DNA of 55,816 bases, from IMG/VR virus record IMGVR_UViG_3300045988_105026, positions 1-55,816 of that record; one strand, given 5' to 3'. Position numbers and translations under genes: made by a program. Shown here one piece after another: positions 15,893 through 23,912 of this stretch. This DNA is from a virus. The notes beneath the pieces are model-generated. The model was given only the letters and a program-made list of their open reading frames with translations. It ran no database searches and was not told where the DNA came from. The stretch's first letter is position 1, and every line of letters starts with the position of its first letter.

Positions 15893-18153
15893 TATTCAAT
15901 CTCCACTTCTTCACCATACCAGTTGCTTGTATATGAAATATCACATTTAAAAGGTAATTTAATCAAATGAGTTGGAGCTGTTCTCATTAAATAAGAAAGT
16001 CTTTCCCCTGCTTCCTTTGCATTTTCAATAGGACATTCACCTATTACCTCGTCATGCACTTGTATAAGCAAATGGAAATCAAGCTCTTTCATTCTTTCAT
16101 CATTATTTATTGCTATCATTGCCAGCTTTGTTATATCAGCAGCAGAACCTTGTACTCTTGCATTAACACACTGTCTTTCCGCCTGTGATATAAATCCACC
16201 ATTATCTTTAATCTTGATTCCTTGAGCTAAAGCACTTTGGATTATATCATTTTTCTTTTTCCAACCAAAAGCCTTTTGAAGCTGTTTAGTATAATTATCC
16301 TTTACTTTTTTCGGAACTTCTGTAGATACTTCATTTCCAAAAGCTAGCGGGTCAAAATTAGTTACTTTTCCACTATAACTAAATTCATAAGGTTCTAACT
16401 GCATATCTTTTAAATGTCTACGCCTGCCCCATGCAGTGGTTACATAACCCTCCGTTCTAGCCATATCTTGGGAATCCTCAATAAACTTTCCAAGAGCTGG
16501 GAATGAAGCTATAACCTTATCATATATGGCTTGAGCTTCCTTGGTAGATACCCCAAGCTGTTCTGCGATTGAAGGAATCTGTCTTCCATATAAGATACCT
16601 AATACGATACTTTTTGCCTGTCCTCGTCTTTCTTTACCTGCTGGGTTCACTGTTCCATCTTCTCTGAACTCCTTACATTCCTCATATGGTTTATGAAATG
16701 CAAGTGCCGCTATTGTAGCATATATGTCTTTTCCATTTATAAATGCTTCTTGCATTTTTTTATCTGCTGATAAATGAGCAGTTACCATTGGCTCCTGCTG
16801 GCTGAAATCTGAGCCTATCAACACATATCCATCTTGAGCTTTAAACATCTGTCTAATCTCTTTATTGTGTGAAGGAATATTCTGTAGATTAGGGTCTTGT
16901 GAACTGAATCTTCCTGTTTTAGCTCCATACTGATTATAGCTTGCATGAACTCTTCCATCTTCAAGTGCAATCTCAGGCATTTTATCAATATAAGTTCCAA
17001 GTAACTTTTCCACATTTCTCATTCCCAAAATAGCTTCACAAAGATTCTTTTCTTTACCTTGTGCAAAGTGCTTTAGAATATCCTCACCTGTTCCTCTAGG
17101 TGCTTTTTTATCCGGACTTTCCAATCCTAAAATATCATAGAATAATATAGCCAACTGTGTAGGGCTTGATAATGATATAGGGTCTGATAGCTTATTATTA
17201 GGATTTTTCATCTTGTAATTATCAATTTCATTCTGATACATTGCTATTGCTTCATCAGCTTGCTTTTTTCTTTCTTCTCTAATAGCATGATATTTTTCAT
17301 GTAGATTTTTACATACATCAAAATCAAGACATACACCTCTGTCTTCCATATCTGCTACAACTGAAATCAAAGGCATTTCAATATTCTTGAATACATTATA
17401 AGGACCAGCTAATACTTGCCTGTTTAATAATGTCTTTTGATATTCATATAATTCATAGGTCTTAATTGGGTCACCTGCCGCATATAGATAAGCTGTAGAA
17501 ATAGGAATATTATCAAAAGTTACACCATTAAATAAAGAATCAAATGTCAATGATTCTGTATCTTTGCTATCACAATATTTAAGATGTAAATCCTTTAATC
17601 TATGGCTTTCTTCTTCGTCTATGCAATATGCCGCTAACATTGTATCCCAATAAGGTTTGAAATCTATTCCAAGTGTTTTTCTACATATTCGTATATCATA
17701 TTTTGCATTATGAAAAACCCATCTAATATCCTTGTAGAACTCTTTCATAATTTTTGAAACAGTTTCCTCGTTCATCTGTTCCTTTGTTCTTACTCCTGTA
17801 ATATATGATTTATGGTTTATTGGAATATAAGCCGCTTTCTGTCCGGGTGTATAAATACATCCACCAACTATATCTACAAGTAATGGATTTAATCCTGTTG
17901 TCTCTGTATCTAATGCGCCCTCTCCAACTTGCTTCATCTCTTTCATATATTCATACAGTTGGTCAGGTTCTCTGATAAGAATATAATCATCCTTATGTAC
18001 TGCCAATTTTTGATTAGCAATAGCAACTATAGATTGTACTTGAGCGGCTAGATTATTTCCGCCGCTCCTAATACTTGTTCTATTTGTTACTGTTTTAGAT
18101 TTTTTGATTATATTCTTATCGTTGCTTTTTGGTCTTGCAAATGATAATGCCAT
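15892..18153 (-). CDS. polA: Family A DNA polymerase with a 3'-5' exonuclease domain
   Basis: ALDTETTGL exo motif, RRGQAKSIVLGILYG (motif B) and LLIQVHDEV (motif C). Confidence 0.92.
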   Translation of the reverse strand: MALSFARPKSNDKNIIKKSKTVTNRTSIRSGGNNLAAQVQSIVAIANQKLAVHKDDYILIREPDQLYEYMKEMKQVGEGALDTETTGLNPLLVDIVGGCIYTPGQKAAYIPINHKSYITGVRTKEQMNEETVSKIMKEFYKDIRWVFHNAKYDIRICRKTLGIDFKPYWDTMLAAYCIDEEESHRLKDLHLKYCDSKDTESLTFDSLFNGVTFDNIPISTAYLYAAGDPIKTYELYEYQKTLLNRQVLAGPYNVFKNIEMPLISVVADMEDRGVCLDFDVCKNLHEKYHAIREERKKQADEAIAMYQNEIDNYKMKNPNNKLSDPISLSSPTQLAILFYDILGLESPDKKAPRGTGEDILKHFAQGKEKNLCEAILGMRNVEKLLGTYIDKMPEIALEDGRVHASYNQYGAKTGRFSSQDPNLQNIPSHNKEIRQMFKAQDGYVLIGSDFSQQEPMVTAHLSADKKMQEAFINGKDIYATIAALAFHKPYEECKEFREDGTVNPAGKERRGQAKSIVLGILYGRQIPSIAEQLGVSTKEAQAIYDKVIASFPALGKFIEDSQDMARTEGYVTTAWGRRRHLKDMQLEPYEFSYSGKVTNFDPLAFGNEVSTEVPKKVKDNYTKQLQKAFGWKKKNDIIQSALAQGIKIKDNGGFISQAERQCVNARVQGSAADITKLAMIAINNDERMKELDFHLLIQVHDEVIGECPIENAKEAGERLSYLMRTAPTHLIKLPFKCDISYTSNWYGEEVEIE

Positions 18154-18163
18154 ATAATCCTCC

Positions 18164-18994
18164 TTACATACCAGCTCGTCTGCTTGTTGCTCTGCTTGCT
18201 CCTCTTCTTGATGGAAGTGGTTCAGTGTTTCTGCGTCTTACCTGTGTATTATCTTCCTGATTACTGTCATTATTATCTGTATCTGGAAAACTTCCTGTAT
18301 CAAGATATTCCTGCATTTCATCTGCCGACTTGTCCATAATGTATCCACCTAAAAACTCAGGCTTTTCATACTGTGATACATCAATAGGCTCCTCTGGAGA
18401 TAACTGAATATCATAAGTTGTCTTTTTATCTCCTTTTTTGCCATTTCTTATAATGTCTACTGGTCGCTCTGTCATATCTCCCCAACGATTTATAAAATTC
18501 TTAATCTTTGGAATAAATGTCTTTCCACGATTCCAAATCTTAATCTTTCCATCCTGCTGATCAACCATTGATAACATCATAATGACTTTAGTTTTAAGTC
18601 CTGCCTGACAGAATGGACATACATCTAATGGGTCATCGTAATTTCTTAAACATGATACTGGTCTTGTCTTAGGATTTCCATTATCATACTTTCCTACTTC
18701 AACCTCGTGACAATTAAAGATATCCACATCCTCCATATCATGCACTAATAATTGAACTGTTGCGCAATCTCCATCATTTTCAAGTTTTAGAAACTCTGTG
18801 TCTGAATTGTTTCCATACTTGTCTACTTCGTCGTAATTGATTCTTCCCATGCTTCTTTTTCCTTTCTTATTGGTGTTAGTGTTTGTAGTTTTGAATGAAC
18901 AACCTCCAGAACATTCATTATAAGTCCATAAACGCAACCACTTATATTCCATTTTGACAGTATTCCCAGCATTATTTCTGTCTACCTCAATCAA
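18164..18994 (-). CDS. Putative ssDNA-binding protein (gp32-like His/Cys3 zinc pattern). Likely start at MGRINYDE (18850).
   Basis: H-x18-C-x10-C-x2-C arrangement (HEVEV...SCLRNYDDPLDVCPFC). Position between polA and the primase/helicase genes. Confidence 0.4.
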   Translation of the reverse strand: MIEVDRNNAGNTVKMEYKWLRLWTYNECSGGCSFKTTNTNTNKKGKRSMGRINYDEVDKYGNNSDTEFLKLENDGDCATVQLLVHDMEDVDIFNCHEVEVGKYDNGNPKTRPVSCLRNYDDPLDVCPFCQAGLKTKVIMMLSMVDQQDGKIKIWNRGKTFIPKIKNFINRWGDMTERPVDIIRNGKKGDKKTTYDIQLSPEEPIDVSQYEKPEFLGGYIMDKSADEMQEYLDTGSFPDTDNNDSNQEDNTQVRRRNTEPLPSRRGASRATSRRAGM

Positions 18995-19093
18995 CGCATT
19001 GCATATCCGGTGCTTTCTATTTTGTCTGCCAAGGTATTTTTTTGCTCATAAACCTAACAAAAATGAGCAACTCCTATTCGGGGAAATAGGAAA

Positions 19094-19165
19094 CAGCCCT
19101 TGTTGGATTTGAACCAACGAATGCGAGAATCAAACTCTCGTGCCTTACCTTTTGGCTATAGGGCT
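19094..19165 (-). tRNA. tRNA-Gln (anticodon UUG)
   Basis: Hand-folded cloverleaf. Acceptor AGCCCTA/AAGGGCT; anticodon arm CGAGA-GTTTGAT-TCTCG; T arm GTTGG-TTCAAAT-CCAAC. CCA is not encoded. Confidence 0.85.
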
Positions 19166-19236
19166 ATAAGAGATGTAAATTATGTGTATATAGCTTATAT
19201 TCAGTTTCAACTCTTGATATACACTACATCTCTAAT

Positions 19237-19337
19237 TGGGATAGATAGGATTTGAACCTATGTCTCTCGGAGTATCGCTTTTAATGTTTACGATTATTCT
19301 GCATCTCCGAGGGTCTTAACCACTTGACTACTATCCC
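19237..19337 (-). tRNA. tRNA-like gene (tRNA-Glu-like scaffold) with a 32-nt insert in place of the anticodon loop
   Basis: Perfect 7-bp acceptor GGGATAG/CTATCCC; D arm GTC-AAGTGGTTAA-GAC; T arm ATAGG-TTCAAAT-CCTAT. The anticodon helix CTCGGAG/CTCCGAG closes a 32-nt loop. Confidence 0.55.
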
Positions 19338-19341
19338 ATAA

Positions 19342-19367
19342 TAGTGTTTTATGTGTTATCGCTTCAC
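19342..19367. repeat. 26-nt repeat, copy 1 (tagtgttttatgtgttatcgcttcac)
   Basis: Identical to 52666-52691. Both copies begin 8 nt after a stop codon (minus-strand reading). Confidence 0.85.
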
Positions 19368-19375
19368 AGTATCTT

Positions 19376-19531
19376 TTAATACTCTCTTGAAAGAATTACT
19401 TCCATTTCTCTCAAGCTATATACTTTTACCCACATACAATCATTAGTTTTCTTCCAGCCGGTTATATTTAATTTGTGTTCTGTCTCTCTCATCTGGTTCT
19501 CATTCATCATTTCTAATCTTGTCTGTATCAT
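19376..19531 (-). CDS. Small hypothetical protein (51 aa)
   Basis: GAGGA RBS then ATG. MIQTRLEMMNENQ... First ORF after promoter 19576-19604. Confidence 0.35.
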   Translation of the reverse strand: MIQTRLEMMNENQMRETEHKLNITGWKKTNDCMWVKVYSLREMEVILSREY

Positions 19532-19575
19532 ATCTTTGTCCTCGTATTGATTTGTTTTTCTTTATCTTTATATAT

Positions 19576-19604
19576 ATTGTAATACATAAAAATGAATTTG
19601 TCAA
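19576..19604 (-). promoter_or_regulatory. Class I promoter cassette, copy 4
   Basis: Minus strand TTGACAAATTCATTTTTATGTATTACAAT. Confidence 0.7.
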
Positions 19605-19620
19605 TAGATTTTAAAAAAAA

Positions 19621-20742
19621 TTAAAAAATTATTTTACAATTTAAAAATTCTTCTTGCAAATCATTTATATCTCTATTATCTGTATATACAAGTTCTTTTA
19701 TAATTTTTCCATGTACATTCTTTCTAAATCTTTCTGTTGCTTTTCTTCCCGCTTCGTCCGGGTCAAATGCAAGAATATATTCTCGTACTGGTAGCTTATT
19801 CAATATTTCATATTGTTTTTGATTTCCAGTACCTATCATAGCCATTGCAGGTTTATCATATTTCCAACATGTCAAACAATTTAAGAATGATTCTGTGATA
19901 TAAGCTTGTTTATAAAATCCATTAGTGAATAAATTAGCTTGATAAACAGGCTTATCAATGGAAGTTGGCAAACCGAAGAATTTAGTTTTGACACTTCTTG
20001 TTGCAATAAATATAACGCTTCCGCAAATGTCTTTGACTGGAAATGTAATTGCGTCTTTTTCTTTATCATATCCTATATCAAACCTTTCTATAATTTCATC
20101 TGTTAATCCTCTTTGATACATATAAGGATGAATATATCTATATTTGTCTAATTCTTCTTCTGTAATTTCTCCAGAGTATTGTTTAGACGTTCTAACGCTT
20201 GATGTATGTTGGTTAAATCTATTGATACCATCATTATCTCCAGTAACATTATTGAGCCTATAGCTATTATTATGCCTACCATTAAATTCCTCCATTATTT
20301 TTCGTGTTTTCCTACATAGTATCCTATCATTTCGCCTAGTATTCCTATTAGAAATAATACTGTATAATGTATTGTTATCATTTTTAAATCCCTCCATTAT
20401 ATTTGGTCTTGTTTCAATTTCTACTGTATTAAATCTTTTTATAAGCCATCTTTTTCCAAACTTTCCTTCGTCTTGATAACCGTATAATTCTGATATCATT
20501 TCTTCAATCGTCCCGCTCCAACCACAGGCAAAACAATGGCATTTATCAATATCCCCATTTACTCCAAAGGATGGTTTTCTTTCTTGTCCGTTCTTGTGGA
20601 AAGGACAATTCGTTTGAATATTATCACCATTGTTCCTGAAAATATGAAATCTATCAACTCCATGCTGTGCTAAGTCAAATTTAAGCATATCCAAGACAGA
20701 TTGTGTATCAGATTGGATAATTGTATCTTGTAGTTTTATCAT
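19621..20742 (-). CDS. dnaG: DnaG-type DNA primase (CHC2 zinc finger plus Toprim)
   Basis: CPFHKNGQERKPSFGVN...CHCFACGWSG zinc finger. Toprim E (ITESF) and AFDPDEAGRKA. Confidence 0.85.
   Translation of the reverse strand: MIKLQDTIIQSDTQSVLDMLKFDLAQHGVDRFHIFRNNGDNIQTNCPFHKNGQERKPSFGVNGDIDKCHCFACGWSGTIEEMISELYGYQDEGKFGKRWLIKRFNTVEIETRPNIMEGFKNDNNTLYSIISNRNTRRNDRILCRKTRKIMEEFNGRHNNSYRLNNVTGDNDGINRFNQHTSSVRTSKQYSGEITEEELDKYRYIHPYMYQRGLTDEIIERFDIGYDKEKDAITFPVKDICGSVIFIATRSVKTKFFGLPTSIDKPVYQANLFTNGFYKQAYITESFLNCLTCWKYDKPAMAMIGTGNQKQYEILNKLPVREYILAFDPDEAGRKATERFRKNVHGKIIKELVYTDNRDINDLQEEFLNCKIIF
20725..20741. repeat. 17-nt direct repeat, copy 1 (atcttgtagttttatca), covering the primase start codon region
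   Basis: Identical to 21244-21260. Confidence 0.85.
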
Positions 20743-20909
20743 AGTTTCACAACTCTCTCTATAATCCCTTTTATTCCCTCACTTGTTTCGCTTATTTTCA
20801 AATTATCCCCACATTGAAGTATATAATCTTTTGCTATTATCTGTTCTTCTAATTCTGTATCAATCCAAACGACTAAATTTCCTTCTCTGTCTAAGACCTG
20901 ATATTGCAT
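20739..20909 (-). CDS. Hypothetical protein (start at MQYQVLD after GGAGGG)
   Basis: RBS plus ATG. ORF on the coding strand. Confidence 0.45.
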   Translation of the reverse strand: MQYQVLDREGNLVVWIDTELEEQIIAKDYILQCGDNLKISETSEGIKGIIERVVKL

Positions 20910-20910
20910 A

Positions 20911-21207
20911 TTATCCCTCCTCAAGCTCTCCAAATAGTTCTTCATACTTTGACAAATCATATCTTAATAAGAGAGATTTAACTTCAATCTCAGTCAGAGT
21001 ATTTGCAAAATTACCAAAATAACCTTGTTTGGTATAAGTTACTAGCCAATTACCTTTCTTACTTCTCCAAATTTTAACATTATGAGCTATACTTGACATT
21101 TGAGTATCTGTTAATACAAATGTCCATGTGTAAGTATATTCACATTTTTCCGAAATCAGTTCCATCTTATCTGTATCATATTTTAAATTATCAATTACAA
21201 ATATCAT
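20911..21207 (-). CDS. Hypothetical protein
   Basis: GTGAGGA RBS. 98-aa ORF. Confidence 0.5.
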   Translation of the reverse strand: MIFVIDNLKYDTDKMELISEKCEYTYTWTFVLTDTQMSSIAHNVKIWRSKKGNWLVTYTKQGYFGNFANTLTEIEVKSLLLRYDLSKYEELFGELEEG

Positions 21208-21243
21208 TTAATATTCCTCACTTTCTTTTTCTTTGCTAATGGA

Positions 21244-21260
21244 ATCTTGTAGTTTTATCA
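21244..21260. repeat. 17-nt direct repeat, copy 2
   Basis: Identical to 20725-20741. Here it would encode a vestigial (L)IKLQD primase-like start. Confidence 0.85.
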
Positions 21261-21276
21261 AAAACCCTCACCTTTA

Positions 21277-21444
21277 TCACATCTTTATATCTGTCCAATC
21301 AAATTCTTCTCCACATTTGTAACATTTTTTAGGTTTATTCTGTGTAGGATTTATCAATGGAAAATGAATTACTTCTTTACATTTTGGACAACCCAAATAA
21401 AAATCTCCCATGAAATCATCCTGTATCATTATAGGTTTTTGCAT
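21277..21444 (-). CDS. Small zinc-ribbon protein (55 aa)
   Basis: CPKC...CYKC pairs. The ATG immediately follows the dnaB stop (TAGATG) with a GAGGAGG RBS. Confidence 0.45.
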   Translation of the reverse strand: MQKPIMIQDDFMGDFYLGCPKCKEVIHFPLINPTQNKPKKCYKCGEEFDWTDIKM

Positions 21445-22716
21445 CTAATATTCCTCCTCTTCTTTATCGTGATATCTTCTTCTTAAATCTTCACTTTTTT
21501 CTTCATCTTCTTTTCCTTTTTCAGGATTAGGGATGTAATCAAAAGTACCTCTATCTGTATCCCAAGCATACACCCATTTAATTCCAACTTTTGAATTTCT
21601 TGCTTTTACATTCTGTATCTGCAAGCCTTCTTCTTTTTGTTGAATTGAAAGAACGATTGAAGCGTTATAAGCTATTCCATCTGAATCTCTTATATTTTCA
21701 AGCTGTAAATCTTCATTTATTGTTCCTTCTCTATTTGACTGCACAACAACTAACACCGGAATTTTTAAGTCAATACTTAACTGCATTAAATCTTCGGATA
21801 TGTTTGTCAACTGTGTGGTCTTGTTATCTCCTCTTTTTCCTCGTTCATCCTGCAGATAAGAGATACCATCTATAGCAAGTATATCTAACTTATTTGATTC
21901 ACACCAACTTTTTAACTTTGATACAGTTACTTTCTTTTGAAAATCTCTAGGGTGTGCAACATAGAATGGTGTTTCATTATCAACCAACTTGTTTATATAT
22001 TTCTCATAACCTTGTACATCTTCACCTTTATATAAGGCTTTAGATGATATATGCTGATGCACTGTATCGAATCTATATCCTGTTTTATTTGCTGACATTT
22101 CGGGTTCTAAAAGTCCTATTTTTGCATGATATACTTTCCAAGCATGCTCTAGCATTTTTATAAGTACCCATGATTTACCTTGTCCGGTTCGTGCAAATAA
22201 AACTACAAGTTCCTCACCTTTATGCCATCCACCCAAGTCATTGTCTATCTCTTCAAATCCGCTCGCTATAAAGTGAGTATCTTGATTATCTTTTGTTTCT
22301 TTCCATTCTTCAAGTCTTTCTTTTGCTTGTGAAATAATATCAGTGCCTTTTACTGCACCAGCAATCTTCAATTCAGGTATTTTTGCTTTCAGATAATTTA
22401 CTGCCTCATAAGCATCTGTCTGTAATAGTTCTGCCATCTTTGTAAGCACTGGAACCGACTGAGAGTATAGATATTCTTCACGGAATGTATTTACAAGATA
22501 TTCAGTGCTTTCAGATACATTTACCACATCAAAATCTTGAAACTTTGCTATGAATGTTTCTAAGTCTGGAACATTACCATATTCTTGCTTATGTTCCATT
22601 ATATAGTCATATTCTTCCTGATACTGGTTGAAATAATCTCTTGTTATATCGTTTAAATCTAAAAGAGATGTATCTTTGTCTTTCAGCACTTTATTTATTA
22701 TTTGCAATTCTACCAT
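21445..22716 (-). CDS. dnaB: DnaB-type replicative helicase
   Basis: GFEEIDNDLGG, Walker A ARTGQGKS, DGISYLQ and a RecA-like C-terminal domain. Confidence 0.88.
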   Translation of the reverse strand: MVELQIINKVLKDKDTSLLDLNDITRDYFNQYQEEYDYIMEHKQEYGNVPDLETFIAKFQDFDVVNVSESTEYLVNTFREEYLYSQSVPVLTKMAELLQTDAYEAVNYLKAKIPELKIAGAVKGTDIISQAKERLEEWKETKDNQDTHFIASGFEEIDNDLGGWHKGEELVVLFARTGQGKSWVLIKMLEHAWKVYHAKIGLLEPEMSANKTGYRFDTVHQHISSKALYKGEDVQGYEKYINKLVDNETPFYVAHPRDFQKKVTVSKLKSWCESNKLDILAIDGISYLQDERGKRGDNKTTQLTNISEDLMQLSIDLKIPVLVVVQSNREGTINEDLQLENIRDSDGIAYNASIVLSIQQKEEGLQIQNVKARNSKVGIKWVYAWDTDRGTFDYIPNPEKGKEDEEKSEDLRRRYHDKEEEEY

Positions 22717-23381
22717 TAATGTACACCTCTTTTATCTTCCTCAATAAATTTGATAGGGATGGAACAATTATATATCCTGCTTGCTAATCTATCACCTAAC
22801 ACTTTTTCAAGCTGTTCTTTATCTTTATTGCTTGTATAGATGTTGCTTTTTCCTGCATTAATTCTATCATCAATGTACTGAAAAAGTATTTGATGTTCAT
22901 AACCCGATACTGCAAGTTCTCCTATATCATCCCAGATTACCAAATCAACTTCACTAATAAGATTGCATAATTCCTCAAAGCCTTTTACATCTTGTGATAT
23001 AGAACGTTTGCAATTATATAAGAACTTAGGTACACTTATAAATAATGCTTTGCAATCTAAACAAGACTTATGCCATATGTTATCAAAATAGGAGTACAGC
23101 AATCTAATTGCCCAGCTTGTTTTCCCATTACCACAGTTACAAGAATAAATATATAGATTATTTCCATTGTTGATAAAATCTAAGATGTTATCACTGATGT
23201 CTTTAAGTTTCATAAATGACTGGACATCCCCATTATCACAAGCTGTCAAATCTTTGTATTTCCATAAAGATTCGGGCAATTGTGACTGTCTAAATAGTGC
23301 ATACATTAATTTATACCTTAAGCAGTTTTCACTGCATTTATTAGTACATTTTCGTTGATACCAACAATCTTGTATGTTCAT
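22716..23381 (-). CDS. DnaC/IstB-like AAA+ helicase loader
   Basis: Walker A CGNGKTS, Walker B LVIWDDIG, and a Cys-rich N-terminus. Confidence 0.7.
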   Translation of the reverse strand: MNIQDCWYQRKCTNKCSENCLRYKLMYALFRQSQLPESLWKYKDLTACDNGDVQSFMKLKDISDNILDFINNGNNLYIYSCNCGNGKTSWAIRLLYSYFDNIWHKSCLDCKALFISVPKFLYNCKRSISQDVKGFEELCNLISEVDLVIWDDIGELAVSGYEHQILFQYIDDRINAGKSNIYTSNKDKEQLEKVLGDRLASRIYNCSIPIKFIEEDKRGVH

Positions 23382-23713
23382 CTCAACCCCTCTTTTATCT
23401 CTAATCTTTTTTGTGCTTCAATGAGTGCATCCAAAGTATCTGTGCTTTGTTCTATATGAGACCTCATTTTAGCTATTGTATCATTTAACTCAAAACTGGT
23501 CTGAGCTATCCAGTATCCATCATTAGGTGTACTGCATATTGCATATCCATCATCTCTGAGTCGCTGAATAATATATCTTACATCTCTTGTACTGAACCCA
23601 GTATTATTAGATATATCTTTCTGATGTATACCAATAGGTTCATGTGGCAAGCTATGAAGTACACAATCTTTCATATAAGCTATATTTTTATCTGATTTTG
23701 ATATTGTATACAT
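23378..23713 (-). CDS. Winged-helix DNA-binding protein (start at MYTISK after AAGGAG)
   Basis: ISNNTGFSTRDVRYIIQRLRDDGY HTH-like segment. Confidence 0.5.
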   Translation of the reverse strand: MYTISKSDKNIAYMKDCVLHSLPHEPIGIHQKDISNNTGFSTRDVRYIIQRLRDDGYAICSTPNDGYWIAQTSFELNDTIAKMRSHIEQSTDTLDALIEAQKRLEIKEGLR

Positions 23714-23717
23714 ATAA

Positions 23718-23900
23718 TCATCTCCTTTTATTTTTATTATGAATTTGAGTGAAATCTTTCTTACAATAACCAGGTTTACAATGTCCATTTTTTACGAAAC
23801 CCTTTAAAAATCCATAATTTCTTGCAGATTCCCAATATTTACAATTAAGACATCTTTTATCAGGTTGTGTTATATTATATCCTAATCCAATTCTTGACAT
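23718..23900 (-). CDS. Small Cys-rich hypothetical protein
   Basis: AGGAGG RBS. CLNC...C...C pattern. Confidence 0.4.
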   Translation of the reverse strand: MSRIGLGYNITQPDKRCLNCKYWESARNYGFLKGFVKNGHCKPGYCKKDFTQIHNKNKRR

Positions 23901-23912
23901 TTATTTTTCCTC

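Noticed and set aside
19166-19236. A third, degenerate tRNA between tRNA-Gln and the tRNA-like gene
   Set aside because: The 71-nt spacer forms a long imperfect hairpin: AGAGATGTA/TACATCTCT and GTGTATAT/ATATACAC arms with a 25-nt loop. It has no T-loop (GTTC-type) or anticodon arm. It is more likely a processing or spacer hairpin.
19265-19300. tmRNA-like tag reading frame inside the tRNA-like insert (ATG CAG AAT AAT CGT AAA CAT TAA)
   Set aside because: An 8-codon frame in AT-rich sequence is easily chance. The GGAG abuts the ATG with no spacer, and the element lacks the pseudoknot-rich architecture and alanine-type acceptor identity of tmRNA. It is mentioned only as something to keep in mind if the RNA proves stable.
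19621-20742. Intein or intron in the primase (odd N/R-rich central segment), polA or terL
   Set aside because: The primase middle region (…NRNTRRNDRILCRKTRK…NNVTGDNDGINRF…) is a low-complexity linker between the zinc finger and Toprim domains. It lacks intein splice-junction residues or homing-endonuclease blocks. polA and terL motifs are colinear and uninterrupted.
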